Positions 38,092 through 48,957 of a stretch of 64,000 nucleotides of DNA are shown one piece after another. A program made the position numbers and the translations under genes. The notes below the pieces were generated by a model that saw only the letters and a list, made by a program, of their open reading frames with translations, did no database searches and was not told where the DNA came from. How positions within the stretch are numbered: the first letter of the stretch is position 1; every line of letters starts with the position of its first letter. Source of the DNA: Squalus acanthias. Lineage: Eukaryota. The stretch covers positions 36,396,001 to 36,460,000 of the forward strand of contig CM059432.1 in the NCBI GenBank assembly GCA_030390025.1, read 5' to 3'.

Positions 38092-41000
38092 TCAGGACTG
38101 ACTGTGTACTGGTGCCCGAACGGGTGTCGGGCAGGGCTGTGGCAGATCCGTTTCCGAGCGTATGGTACGGGGTGGATCGTGGCTGCGCGTGCGATCCCCG
38201 ACGGGCTGATAGTCAGTCTGCCCCAGGTCGGCACGCTGGAGTGAGGTACCAGCCGGCGTCAGATCCAGATCGTGATGAGAGGCACCTGGCGAGCCCAGAG
38301 ATGTGCCTGGTACAATATCATCCCCTGGTGTCCCTCTATGTTTCGGCGGGCAGGGAGCCAGATCCCGCAATGACACGGTAGATTCCCGACCGTCAGGATA
38401 CCGAATATAGGCGTAGGTAGGGTTGACGTCAGTGAGCTCAACCTCATCTACCAGGGGGTCATTCTTAGACGCCCGAACATATCTTCGGAGTAGCACTGGT
38501 CCCGGTGCAGTCAGCCACGACGGGAGAGATATCCCATAGGATGAGCGACGCTGAAATCGGAAGAACCGTTCATGAGGCGTCGTATTTGTGGCGGTCGAAA
38601 GGAGGGACCGTGTGGAGTGTAATGCGTCTGGAAGTACTGCTTCCCATTGCTGGTTGGGTAGGCCCCGAGATCTCAAAGCCAGACGTACCGCATTCCAGAT
38701 GATGGCGTTAAAACGCTCGACTTGCCCATTCCCGACCGGATGATAAGGCGTCGTTCTGCTGGCAGCAATACCCCGTTCCGAGAGATAGGCCTTGAGTTCT
38801 CCTGACATAAAAGAAGGGCCCCGATCCGAATGAACATAGGATGCCATGCCACAGAAAGCAAATACCTGCTCAAGGCAGCTGATAACCGTGGTCGTCAGCA
38901 TATTGGGGCAGGGAAAGGCAAACGGAAAACGGGAATACTCATCGACCATGGTCAATAGATAAGTGTTGCGAGTTGAAGAGGGCAACGGCCCCTTAAAATC
39001 GATGCTAAGCCGTTGCATTGGCTGGGTCGCATGTATGAGTATACCACCCGAGGGGCGGAAAAACTGAGGTTTCAATTCCGCACAGACTCTGCAGTCCGAG
39101 CACATCTTCTTTACATCCCCGGTAGAGAATGGGAGATTTCGAGACCGCACGAAGTGTAGCATGCGAGTAACGCCCGGATGACACAACCCATCATGGATGT
39201 CTACGAGCGTAGAGGGTGCCATGGCGGAGCAGAATGCTCGTGTGAGGGTATCCGGAGCCACATTCTCCTTGCCAGGTCGATAGTGGATGGTGTAACCAAA
39301 AGAGGCCAATTCCAGCCGCCAAAGCTGGATTTTATTATTTTTAATTTTGGTCCGTTTTCGATTATCGAGCATGAAGGCGACCGATCGCTGGTCCGTGATT
39401 AAGGTAAAGTGCTGGCGAGCTAGGAGATGAGTCCACTTCCATACTGCCTCTATGATGGCTGTAGCTTCTTTCTCGACTGGAGGATAATGTAGCTCAGCCC
39501 CTTGAAAAGTCCTGGACAAAAATGCCACCGGACGACCTTCCTGATTCAGAGTGGCCGAGATCGCCACCTCCGAGGCATCACACTCAACGACAAAAGGAAG
39601 ACTCTCATCGATGGAGTGAAGAGCCGCTTTCTCCAACTGTTTTTTCAGGAGGTTAAAGGCTGCAACAGCCGCTGTGCCTAGTGGGAATGTGCTGGCCTTC
39701 AGTAGAGGTTGGATTCGGTCCGAGAAGTTAGGAATCCATTTAGCATAGTATGCAAACAGGCCGAGGGCCCGGCGCAAGGAGGCCGGATTCTTAGGTGGCG
39801 GGAGTTCTTGGAGTGGGCGAAGCCTTTCAGGGTCAGGTTTAATGATGCCATTGCCCACACAATAGCCAAGGATGTTGATGGTTGGTTGTGACTTAATGGA
39901 TTTAGCCGCATTTAATGTCAAATTACGGTGCTGGAGTGCATCCCAAAATCGTTGGAGATTGGCGTCATGTTCCCGCTGATTGCGACCTGCGACAGTAATA
40001 TTGTCCAGATAAGGAAACTTATCCTTTAAGTCTTCCTGTTTGACCAGGTCATCCATTGCTCGCTGGAAGACAGCCACTCCATTAGTGACCCCAAAGGGGA
40101 GGCGACGAAATTGATACAGCCGTCCATTGGCTTCAAAGGCCGTATACTGCTTGTCTGAGACCTTCAAGGGTACCTGATGATAGGCACTTTTCAGATCATA
40201 TGTTGAGAACACCGTGTACTCAGCCAGTTTATTAACCATATCATCGATGCGCGGCAATGGGTATGCGTCCAAGTCCGTATATTGATTGATGGTCTGTGAA
40301 TAGTCAATGCACAGCCGTTTCTTGTGAGGTTGTAGAGGGTTCTTAACAATAACGACCTGGGCGCGCCATGGCGACGAACAAGGCTCGATGATATCCTCTG
40401 CTAAAAGCCGAGAAATCTCAGCCGCAATAAAAGACTGGTCTTCCTGACTGAAACGTCGTGACTTTGTTATAATCGGTTTGCATCGAGGAGGGATACTGGT
40501 AAACAGTGAGGGTTCATCCAGTGAAGCTGCTGACAATGCACAGAACGGTAATCGAGGTCGTATATTAGAAATAGTGAGTTCAGGTTTGGATCCGCCGAAC
40601 TCAATGGTGAGCTTCTTATGCTGCTTTTGAAAATCTAGCCCTAAGATAAGATCACTACATAAGTCCTTGAGCACCGAAAGCCGGGTGGAGGGATACCTGT
40701 GACCATTAAGTGTTATTTCAACCATACAAAAGCCAGAAATTCTGGTATTAAGTGATGACTGAGCCATCGCAATTGCCTGGTCCGATGGGAAAACATGTAG
40801 CTTTAACTCTGCAACAATCTGTTCCCTAATGAAACTATCAGTGCTACCTGAGTCAATTAAGGCATCTAAAGTATGTCCATTAATTGATGCTTTTGTAGCT
40901 GCATGGAATAGGTTCTGAGGACAAGCAGCTGTAATTGGTGTCGTTGCACAAAGAGTGGCTGAAACTCTAGGTGTGTTTCTTCGAGAGAAAACCCGAGAGG

Positions 41001-41889
41001 AAGCACGATAGATTTTAGCCGGAACATCTTGATAGGCCCTTACCGGGGCAGTTCGGTAGGACTTAGCTTGATAAGCCCTCGTAGAGGCTCTTGATAGGCA
41101 AACCTTTGCAAAATGACCCTTTTTGTTGCAATGACTGCAAAACGCATTGCGAGCAGGGCAGAATTTCCGAGGGTGAAACTCATCACCACAAAAGAAGCAT
41201 TTCTTAGATTGCCAAGAGGCTGCCACAGTGGGGTCATCATCCTCTTCATCAGTGAAGTCATCAGATTGATCGTCAGGGATAAAGTCCTCCCTAATAGAGT
41301 TCACCTGTGGCCTCTTAAATTGCCTGACTGTAGTTAAGGCAGCAGACCGAGGTCTGGGCACTGTATAAAGGTCTGCATTTCTTTTTGCCAGATCTAGAGA
41401 GCAAGCCATGTCATAAGCTCTCTGAAGCTCAAGTGTCTTACTTTCCAGTAGACGCTGGCGTATAAATGGGGAGGCAAGCCCGCAGATGAAAGCATCACGG
41501 ATCATTTCTTCACGGTACAGCTCAGCTGAGGCCGCCTGAAAGTTACAGTCCATACTAAGTCTGCGAAGCTCTTGGAGGAATTTATCAATGGATTCCTCCG
41601 GCCCTTGTTGGGCTGTAGCTAGTAGATGTCTGGCATAGACCTCATTCGGTGTCTTAGTATATAGTCTTTTAAGCGTCCGAATTGCCTCCTCGTAACTGCC
41701 CCATTCCTCGACATACTGAAATACATTCGGGGTGACACAGTTGATGAGTATCCGCAATTTTGAGTCATCATCAGCCTTGCAATATTCGAGAAAATTGTCA
41801 AACGTGCGATACCAGTGTTTCCACACCTTACCGGCTGCTGGGGTGTTTGGGTCCAAGTCAAGACGCGATGGTTTAAGGATGTTTTCCAT
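38092..41889 (-). CDS. Gag-Pol polyprotein (Gag with two zinc knuckles, aspartic protease, RT, RNase H, integrase), 1265 aa
   Basis: CFFC..H..C and CSHC..GH..C knuckles; LIDSGS; RLCIDY, YPLPRID, DLKSAYHQ, LPFG, YLDN; ECDAS, EKEA, TDQRS; HHCC plus IDFKGP/SDRG/VERFN (D,D,E). Confidence 0.95.
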   Translation of the reverse strand: MENILKPSRLDLDPNTPAAGKVWKHWYRTFDNFLEYCKADDDSKLRILINCVTPNVFQYVEEWGSYEEAIRTLKRLYTKTPNEVYARHLLATAQQGPEESIDKFLQELRRLSMDCNFQAASAELYREEMIRDAFICGLASPFIRQRLLESKTLELQRAYDMACSLDLAKRNADLYTVPRPRSAALTTVRQFKRPQVNSIREDFIPDDQSDDFTDEEDDDPTVAASWQSKKCFFCGDEFHPRKFCPARNAFCSHCNKKGHFAKVCLSRASTRAYQAKSYRTAPVRAYQDVPAKIYRASSRVFSRRNTPRVSATLCATTPITAACPQNLFHAATKASINGHTLDALIDSGSTDSFIREQIVAELKLHVFPSDQAIAMAQSSLNTRISGFCMVEITLNGHRYPSTRLSVLKDLCSDLILGLDFQKQHKKLTIEFGGSKPELTISNIRPRLPFCALSAASLDEPSLFTSIPPRCKPIITKSRRFSQEDQSFIAAEISRLLAEDIIEPCSSPWRAQVVIVKNPLQPHKKRLCIDYSQTINQYTDLDAYPLPRIDDMVNKLAEYTVFSTYDLKSAYHQVPLKVSDKQYTAFEANGRLYQFRRLPFGVTNGVAVFQRAMDDLVKQEDLKDKFPYLDNITVAGRNQREHDANLQRFWDALQHRNLTLNAAKSIKSQPTINILGYCVGNGIIKPDPERLRPLQELPPPKNPASLRRALGLFAYYAKWIPNFSDRIQPLLKASTFPLGTAAVAAFNLLKKQLEKAALHSIDESLPFVVECDASEVAISATLNQEGRPVAFLSRTFQGAELHYPPVEKEATAIIEAVWKWTHLLARQHFTLITDQRSVAFMLDNRKRTKIKNNKIQLWRLELASFGYTIHYRPGKENVAPDTLTRAFCSAMAPSTLVDIHDGLCHPGVTRMLHFVRSRNLPFSTGDVKKMCSDCRVCAELKPQFFRPSGGILIHATQPMQRLSIDFKGPLPSSTRNTYLLTMVDEYSRFPFAFPCPNMLTTTVISCLEQVFAFCGMASYVHSDRGPSFMSGELKAYLSERGIAASRTTPYHPVGNGQVERFNAIIWNAVRLALRSRGLPNQQWEAVLPDALHSTRSLLSTATNTTPHERFFRFQRRSSYGISLPSWLTAPGPVLLRRYVRASKNDPLVDEVELTDVNPTYAYIRYPDGRESTVSLRDLAPCPPKHRGTPGDDIVPGTSLGSPGASHHDLDLTPAGTSLQRADLGQTDYQPVGDRTRSHDPPRTIRSETDLPQPCPTPVRAPVHSQS

Positions 41890-41967
41890 GATGGGTGATT
41901 CCCTGGATCCTTAGTTCCGAGTTCGTCCAAAAAGTTTGAGTGCGAAGTTTTTCAAAGTTGATTAAAT

Positions 41968-42161
41968 TGTCGTAAGAATGAGCCTTACGCGTGGTGAACT
42001 TAAAGTAAGCTTTAATCAACTAAAAAGGTGCTACATACAAAAGAGGTCTTACTCTATGCCTCTCCAGGATCCAACTGATCAGCCTAGTATTTATCCTGGA
42101 CTAATCACAGGAAGTGATGCAATAAAGTTCGAGTCACAGGAAGCTGTATTGTGTTACCACA
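41968..42161 (-). repeat. 5' LTR
   Basis: 194 bp; the minus strand has TATA-like GATAAATA at LTR position 67-74 and ATTAAA at 146-151. Confidence 0.95.
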
Positions 42162-44427
42162 CTCCTTTCTTAAATAGTGGGGTTACATTTGCCACCTTCC
42201 AATCCACGGGAACCGTTCTAGAATCTATGGAATTTTGGAAAATGACAACCAATGCATCCACTACCTCTATAGCCACCTCTTTCAAAACCCTCGGATGTAG
42301 GCCATCGGGTCCAGAGGATTTATCGGCTTTCAGTCCCATTAATTTCTCCAGTACTATTTTTTTGCTAATAATTTCTTACAGTTCCTCATTCTTGCGAGAG
42401 CCCTGGTTCTCCACTATTTCCGGGAAGGCAGGCACAAAGTATTTGTTTAATTTCTCTGCCATTTCCTTATTCCCCATTATAATTTCTCCTGTCTCCGCCT
42501 GTAAGGGACCCACATTTACTTTCGCTAATCTTTTCCTTTTTACATACCTATAGAAGCTTTTACAGTCTTTTTATATCTCTCGCTAGTTTACTCTCATTCT
42601 GTTTTCCCTTTCTTTATCAATTTCTTGGTCCTCCTTTGCTGAATTCTAAAATCCTCCCAATCCTCAGGCTTACTACTCTTTTTGGCAACATTATAAGCCT
42701 CTTCCTTTGATCTAATACTATCTTTTACTTCTTGTTAGCCACGGTTGGACCACTTTTTCTATGGGGTTTTTGTGCCTTAAATGAATGTATATTTGTTGTA
42801 AATTATGTATTAATTCTTTAAATGCTAGCCATTGCTTGTCTACCCTCATACCTTTTAATGTAATTTCCCAATCTACCTTAGCCAACTCGCCCCTCATACC
42901 TATGTAGTTTGCTTTGTTTAGATTTAAGACCCTAGTTTCGGATTTAACTAAATCACTTTCAAACTCAATATAAATTCCACAGAAACTATTTCCACTGGTT
43001 GGGGATTCTCGGACTAGGGGGCATAGTCTAAAAATTAGAGCCAGACCTTTCAGGAGTGAAATTAGGAAGCACTTCTACACACAGAGGCTGGTAGAAGTTT
43101 GGAACTTTTCCGCAAACAACAATTGATGCTAGATCAATTAATTTTAAATCGGAGGTTGATAGCTTTCTGTTAACCAAAGGTATTTAGGGATGTGGCCCAA
43201 AGGCGGTATATGGAGTTAAGTCGCAGATCAGCCATGATCTCATTGAATGGTGGAGCTGGCTTGAGGGGCTGAATGACCTACTCCTGTTCCTATGTTCCTG
43301 CATGAAGCTAGACCTGGACAACATCCAAGCTTGGGCTGATAAGTGGCAAGTAACTTTCATGCCACACAAGTGCCAGGCAATGACCATCTCTAACATCAGA
43401 GAGCCTAACCACCTCCTCATGACATTCAATGCCATTAACATTGCCGAGGCCTCCAACATCCTGGGGGGGGGGGGGGGGGGGGAGGTCACCATTGAGCCAA
43501 AGCTCAACTGGACCAGCCACATAAATGCTGTGGCTACTAGAGCTGGTTAGAAACTGGGTATTCTGCAGTGAGTGAATCACCTACTGACTTTCCAAGGCCT
43601 CTCCACCATCCATAAGGCACAATTTAGGAGTGTGATGGAATAGTTTCCATTGCCTGGATGGGTGCAGCTGCAGCACCACTCGACGGTAGACACCATCCAG
43701 GAACAAAGCAGTCTTGCTTGATCAGCAGCCCAGCCACTACCAACGCACCGTGGCTGCAGAGGGTACTATCTATAGGATGCACTGCAGCAATTCACCAAGC
43801 CCCCCTCAAAGCAGCGACCACCACCACCACCTAGAAGGACAAGGGCAGCAAGTGCATGGGAACACCATCACCTCCAGGTTCTCCTCCAAGTCACGCATCA
43901 GCTGCTTGGATATATATCGCCATTCTTTCATTGTCGCCGGGTCAAGATCCTGGAACTCTCTACCTAACGGTATTGTGGGAGTACCTTCACCACGCAGACT
44001 AACGGTTCAAGAAGGCGGCTCACCACTACCCTCTCGTGGGCAACTAGGGATGAGCAATAAATGCTGGGTTTGCCAGCGATGCCCACATTCCGAGAATGAA
44101 TAAAGAAATTGTTTTAAATAAATCTAAACCTTTCTCAAGTGTTTGGCTTGTGCTTTTCCATTTGTTAACTGCCAGAAAAAATTGATCTTTGGAAACTGCA
44201 AAAAAATTCAGCACTTCAAGGGTTAAGTTATTCTGGAGACCAACATCCATCTTCCCTTTGCAGTCATTTATAATGGAAGTTTTCAGGTCATCTTTGCACT
44301 GCAGTTGCTATTTTTAGAATGCAATTTTCTCTGTCTGTCTTTTTTTCCCCCACTGAGTGCTTTGTGCAATACACCAAAGCTTCTCTGCAGTGGCTGAGCT
44401 TGCTTTAACTAGTTGAGTACTGCAATC

Positions 44428-44762
44428 CTGTGATGCGTCTTTTGGATGAGACGTTAAACCGAGGCCCCGTCTGCTCTCTCAAGTGGATGTAAAAGATCCC
44501 ATGGCACTATTTTGAAGAAGAGCAGGGGAGTTATCCCCGGTGTCCTGGCCAATATTTCTCCCTCAATCAACATAACAAAAACAGATTATCAGGTCATTAT
44601 CACATTGCTGTTTGTGGGAGCTTGCTGTGCGCAAATTGGCTGCCGCGTTTCCTACATTACAACAGTGACTGCACTCCAAAAGTACTTCATTGGCTGTAAA
44701 ACGCTTCGAGACATCCGGTGGTTGTGAAAGGCGCTATATAAATCCAAGTCTTTCTTTTCTTT
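44428..44762 (+). mobile_element. Deu-domain SINE (5'-truncated) with L2-like 3' tail
   Basis: ggatgagacgttaaaccgaggcccc...aaagatcccatggcactatt is Deu-like; it ends aaaggcgctatataaat..aagt like the L2 tails in this window. Confidence 0.75.
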
Positions 44763-45564
44763 TTAATGGCTTTCAAAATGTATTTTTTCCTGCCTGATGC
44801 AGTATTGTTAGGGATTCAATAAATTGCAATTGTCAATTCTTCATATATCCACTCAAAATAAAACATTTATAATTACAATTGTAGGTTTTTGTCCTTCCCA
44901 ACTTTGGTTGTGTCTAGAGAATATTTTGAACTTTATAACACATGGGGTGGTTACAGATCTGTCACTGGTGGTAGTGGTTGGAGGAATTTGAGATGATAAA
45001 TTAATATTATCACACAATAATGTATTGGTACAACGTTTAAGCTTGTGGTTTACATGTGTTAAAAAAAATCTCCGTATTGTTGCTAATGTGCTAAATGAGG
45101 CCAGTGATGGAGCTTTGTGATTTACAGAAATTGTGTTTTGGGCGAATTCTAAATGTGTATTTATTTGTCTGTATGACCGAACTGTAAATGAGCTGCTTTG
45201 TCCTTATTTTGACATTCAGTGACGTGTGGGGAGTTTTCCCCAGACTGTTAGAAATTCTGCCTGGAGTCTTCTGCTTTCAACAAAGCTGCTGAATTCAGAC
45301 TCTCCCTGCTGATGTTTGTTGTTGCTGAATAATTTTGAAATCTAGTTTCACTTCATAGATGGTGTAGGATACTGTTAATTTACACAGGATTTGGATTAAT
45401 TTGATTGATTGTCACTTGGTTAATTCTTTGTAAGGGAATATGTTGCTCTTTTAAATTTGGATCTGATTTATATTTGATTTACTTATCCTGTGGAGAAAAG
45501 ATTAATCAGACTGCCCTGAAGCCTACTAATGTTATACGATTGATTTTTCTTTATTGTAGTAATG

Positions 45565-46130
45565 TAACAACTTATATTTATATAGCGCCTTTAACGTAAT
45601 AAAACGTCCCAACGTCACAGGAGTGTTATCAAAACAACAACAAAAATTTGACACCGAGCCATATAAGGAGAGGTTAGGGCAGGTGAGCAAAAGCTTGGTC
45701 GAAGAGGTAGGTTTTAAGGAGAGTATTAAAGGAGGAAAGAGAAGTAGAAAGGCAGAGAGATTTAGGGAGGAAATTCCAGAGCTTAGGACCTAGGCAACAG
45801 AAGGCACGTCCACCAATGGGGGAGCATTTAAAATCGGGGATGTTCAAAAGTCCAGAATAAGTGGAATGCAGAGGTCTAGGGGGATTATAGAGCTGCAGGA
45901 GATTAGAGATGAGGAGAGGCGAGTCCATGGAGGGATATGAAAACAAGGATGAGAATTTTAAAATCAAGGCGTTGCTTAACTGGGAGCCAATGTAGGTCAG
46001 CAAGCACAGGGGAGATGGGTGAGCTGGACTTGGTATGAGTTAGCACACGGGTGACAGAGTTTTGGATGACATCAAATTTATGGAGGGTAGAACTAGGGAG
46101 GCCGGCCAGGAGTGCATTGGAATAGTCAAT
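45565..46130 (-). mobile_element. L2 LINE 3' fragment
   Basis: IGGRAFCCLGPKLWNFLP and FNTLLKTYLFDQAF. Confidence 0.8.
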
Positions 46131-46141
46131 AAATAACCTTT

Positions 46142-48762
46142 AACATAGAAACATAGAAGATAGGAGCAGGAGTAGGCCATTCGGCCCCTCGAGCCTGCTC
46201 TGCCATTCGATGAGATCATGGCTGATCATCCAAACTCAGTACCCTGTCCCTGCCTTCTCCCCATATCCCTTGATACCTTTAGCCTTAAGAAATATATCTA
46301 ACTCCTTCTTGAATATATTTACTGACTTGGCCTCAACTGCCTTCTGTGGTAGAGAATTCCACAGGTTCACCACCCTCTGGGTGAAGAAATTCCTCCTCAT
46401 CTCTGTCCTAAATGGCTTACCCCTTATCTTTACACTGTGACCTCTTGTTCTGGACTCACCCGCCATCGGGAACATCCTTCCTGCATCCAGTCTGTCTAGC
46501 CCTGTTAGAATTTTATAAGTTTCAATGAGATCTCCTCTCATTCTTCTAAACTCCAGCGAGTATAAGCCCAATCGACCCAATCGCTCCTCGTACGTCATTT
46601 CTGCCATCCCAGGTATCAGTCTGGTGAATCTTCGCTGTACACCCTCCATGGCAAGAACATCCTTCCTCAGATAAGGCGACCAAAACGGCACACAATACTC
46701 AAGGTGTGGTCTCACCAAGGGCCTGTACAGCTGCAGCAAGACATCCTGTTCCTGTACTCAAACCCTCTCGCTACGAAGGCCAACATACCATTTGCCTTCT
46801 TAACCGCCTGCTGTACCTGCATGCTTACCTTCAGCGACTGGTGCACAAGGACACCCAGGTCTCGTTGCACTTCCCCTTCTCCCAATCTATTGCCGTTCAG
46901 ATAATAATCTGCCTTTCTGTTTTTGCCACCAAAGTGGATAACCTCGCATTTATCCACATTATACTGCATCTGCCATGCTTCTGCCCAATCACCCAACCTG
47001 TCCAAATCATACTGGAGTTTCTCGGCATCCTCCTCGCAGCGCACACGCCCACCCAGCTTTGTGTCGTCTGCAAACTTGGAGATATTACATCTAGTTCCCT
47101 CATCTAGATCATTAATATATATATATATAGTGAATAGCTGGGGTCCTAGGACCGATCCCTGCGGAACCCCACTAGTCACTGCCTGCCACTCGGAAAAAGA
47201 CCCGTTTATTCCAACTCTTTGCTTCCTGTCTGCCAACCAGTTCTCTATCCAAGTCAGTACCTTGCCCCCAATCCCATGTGCCTTAACTTTACGCGCTAAT
47301 CTCTTATGTGGGACCTTATCGAAAGCCTTCTGAAAGTCCAAATACACCACATCCACTGGTTCTCCCTTATCTATTCTATCAGTTACATCCTCAAAAGATT
47401 CCAGTAGATTAGTCAAGCACGATTTACCTTTTGTAAATCCATGTTGACTTTGTCCAATCCTGTCACTGTTTTCCAAGTGCTCTGCCATTACATCTTTTAT
47501 AATGGACTCTAGCATTTTCCCCACAACCGATGTCAGGCTTACCGGTCTATAATTCCCCGTTTTTTCTTTACCACCTTTTTTGAACAGTGGGGTAACATTA
47601 GCTACCCTCCAATCCATGGGAACTATTCCAGAGTCTATAGAATTTTGGAAGATGACCAGCAATGCATCTACTATTTCTAGGGCCACTTCCTTAAGTACCC
47701 TAGGATGTAGATTATCAGGCTCTGGGGATTTATCGGCCGTCAATTTCCCTAACACCATTTCCCTACAAATACTGATTTCATTCAGTTCCTCCCTCTCATT
47801 AGACTCTATGTTCCCCGACATCTCTGGGAGGTTATTTGTGTTCTCCTTTGTGAAGACAGAGCCAAAGTATGTATTTAATTGGTCTGCCATTTCTTTGTTC
47901 CCCATTATAAATTCCCCTGATTCTGACTGCAAGGGACCTACGCTTGACTTCACCAATCTTTTTCTCTTCACATATTTATAAAAGCTTTTACAGTCAGTTT
48001 TTATGTTCCCTGCAAGCTTACGCTCGTACTCTATTTTCCCCCTCTTAATTAATCCCTTTGTCCTCCTTTGCTGAATCCTAAACTGCTCCCAATCCTCAGG
48101 TTTACTGCTTTTTCTGGCCAATTTATATGTCCTCTCCTTGGATCTTATGCTATCCCTGATTTCCCTTGTCAGCCATGGTTGAGTCACCTTTTTTGTTTTA
48201 TTTTTATGCCAGACAGGGATGAACAAATTCTGTAGTTCATCCATGCGGTCTTTGAATGTTTGCCATTGCCTATCCACCGTCAACCCTTTGAGTAACATTC
48301 CCCAATCTATCCTACCCAACTCGCGCCTCATACCATCGTAATTTCCTTTATTTAAATTCAGGACCCTAGTCTTTGAGTCAACTATTTCATTCTCCATCTT
48401 AATGAAGAATTCGATCATATTATGATCGCTCCGCCCCAAGGAGCCCCGCACAAAAAGATTGATAATTAATCCTTTCCCGTTACATAATACCCAGTCTAAG
48501 ATGACCTGGTCTCTAGTTGGTTCCTCGACATATTGGTCCAGGAAACCATCCCGTATACACTCCAGGAATTCCTCCTCCACAGTATTGTTACTAATTTGGT
48601 TAGCCCAATCTATATGTAGATTAAAGTCACCCATGATAACTGCTGTGACCTTATTGCACGCGTCTCTAATTTCCTGTTTAATGCCATCCTCAACCTCTGC
48701 ATTACTGTTTGGGGGTCTGTATACCACTCCCACTAACGTTTTCTGCCCCTTGGTATTTCTCA
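46142..48762 (-). mobile_element. Relatively young CR1 LINE, 5'-truncated; 673-aa open ORF2 segment plus frameshifted C-terminus
   Basis: GVVYRPP, MGDFN, SDHN (APE); [33 protein letters not shown] (RT); continues in 46236-46739. Confidence 0.95.
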
Positions 48763-48767
48763 GTTAT

Positions 48768-48957
48768 ACAAAAGCAAAATACTGTGGATGCTGGAAATCT
48801 GGAATAAAAACAGAAAATGCTGGAAATACTCAGCAGGTCAGGCAGCATCTGTGGAGAGAGAAAAACCAGAGTTAACGTTTCAGGCCGATGACCTTTCATC
48901 AGAACTGGAAAAAGTTAGAGATGTAACAGATTTTAAGCAAGTGCAGGGAAAGGGGGG
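48768..48957 (-). mobile_element. Penelope-like pLTR fragment (same family as 4628-5054)
   Basis: agcaaaatactg.ggatgctggaaa...gagttaacgtttcagg is shared with the left arm at 4628. Confidence 0.75.
48870..48906 (-). ncRNA. Minimal type I hammerhead ribozyme
   Basis: Minus strand reads AGUU-CUGAUGAA-AGGUC(AUC)GGCCU-GAAA-CGUU-AACU. Confidence 0.72.

Larger units (their letters stand above)
37687..42161 (-). mobile_element. Full-length Ty3/Gypsy LTR retrotransposon (Mag-like)
   Basis: Identical 194-bp LTRs with TG...CA ends, 5-bp TSD CTCCT (37682-37686, 42162-42166), PPT, and a single gag-pol ORF in PR-RT-RH-IN order. The Mag-like call is inferred from the paired zinc knuckles. Confidence 0.95.
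36299..42980 (-). mobile_element. CR1 LINE (family A) split by the Gypsy element
   Basis: ORF 42154-42339 ends TPLFKKG at the LTR and continues left of 37686; RT motifs in 37087-37626. Confidence 0.9.
34321..43297 (+). mobile_element. CR1 LINE split into 34321-36298 and 42981-43297
   Basis: APE domain ORF 34438-34968 (VAITETW, GVVYRPP, MGDFN). The left piece ends DRVDREK and resumes at agaaactatttcc (KLFP); AGAAA occurs at both junctions. Confidence 0.8.
34095..44105 (+). mobile_element. CR1-group LINE (family B) split into 34095-34320 and 43297-44105
   Basis: The left piece ends EVGLFADDCRVF..KAVNA and the right piece resumes MKLDLDNIQAWADKWQV; these are contiguous in the copy at 946-1368. 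Confidence 0.75.

Noticed and set aside
38112..41914. Antisense and alternate-frame ORFs within the Gypsy element (env-like or accessory genes)
   Set aside because: They are short, lack motifs, and are explained by overlap with a GC-rich coding frame.
46712..48733. 673-aa ORF as an active LINE or domesticated gene
   Set aside because: It is 5'-truncated within the endonuclease and frameshifted near 46735; an ordinary young CR1 copy.
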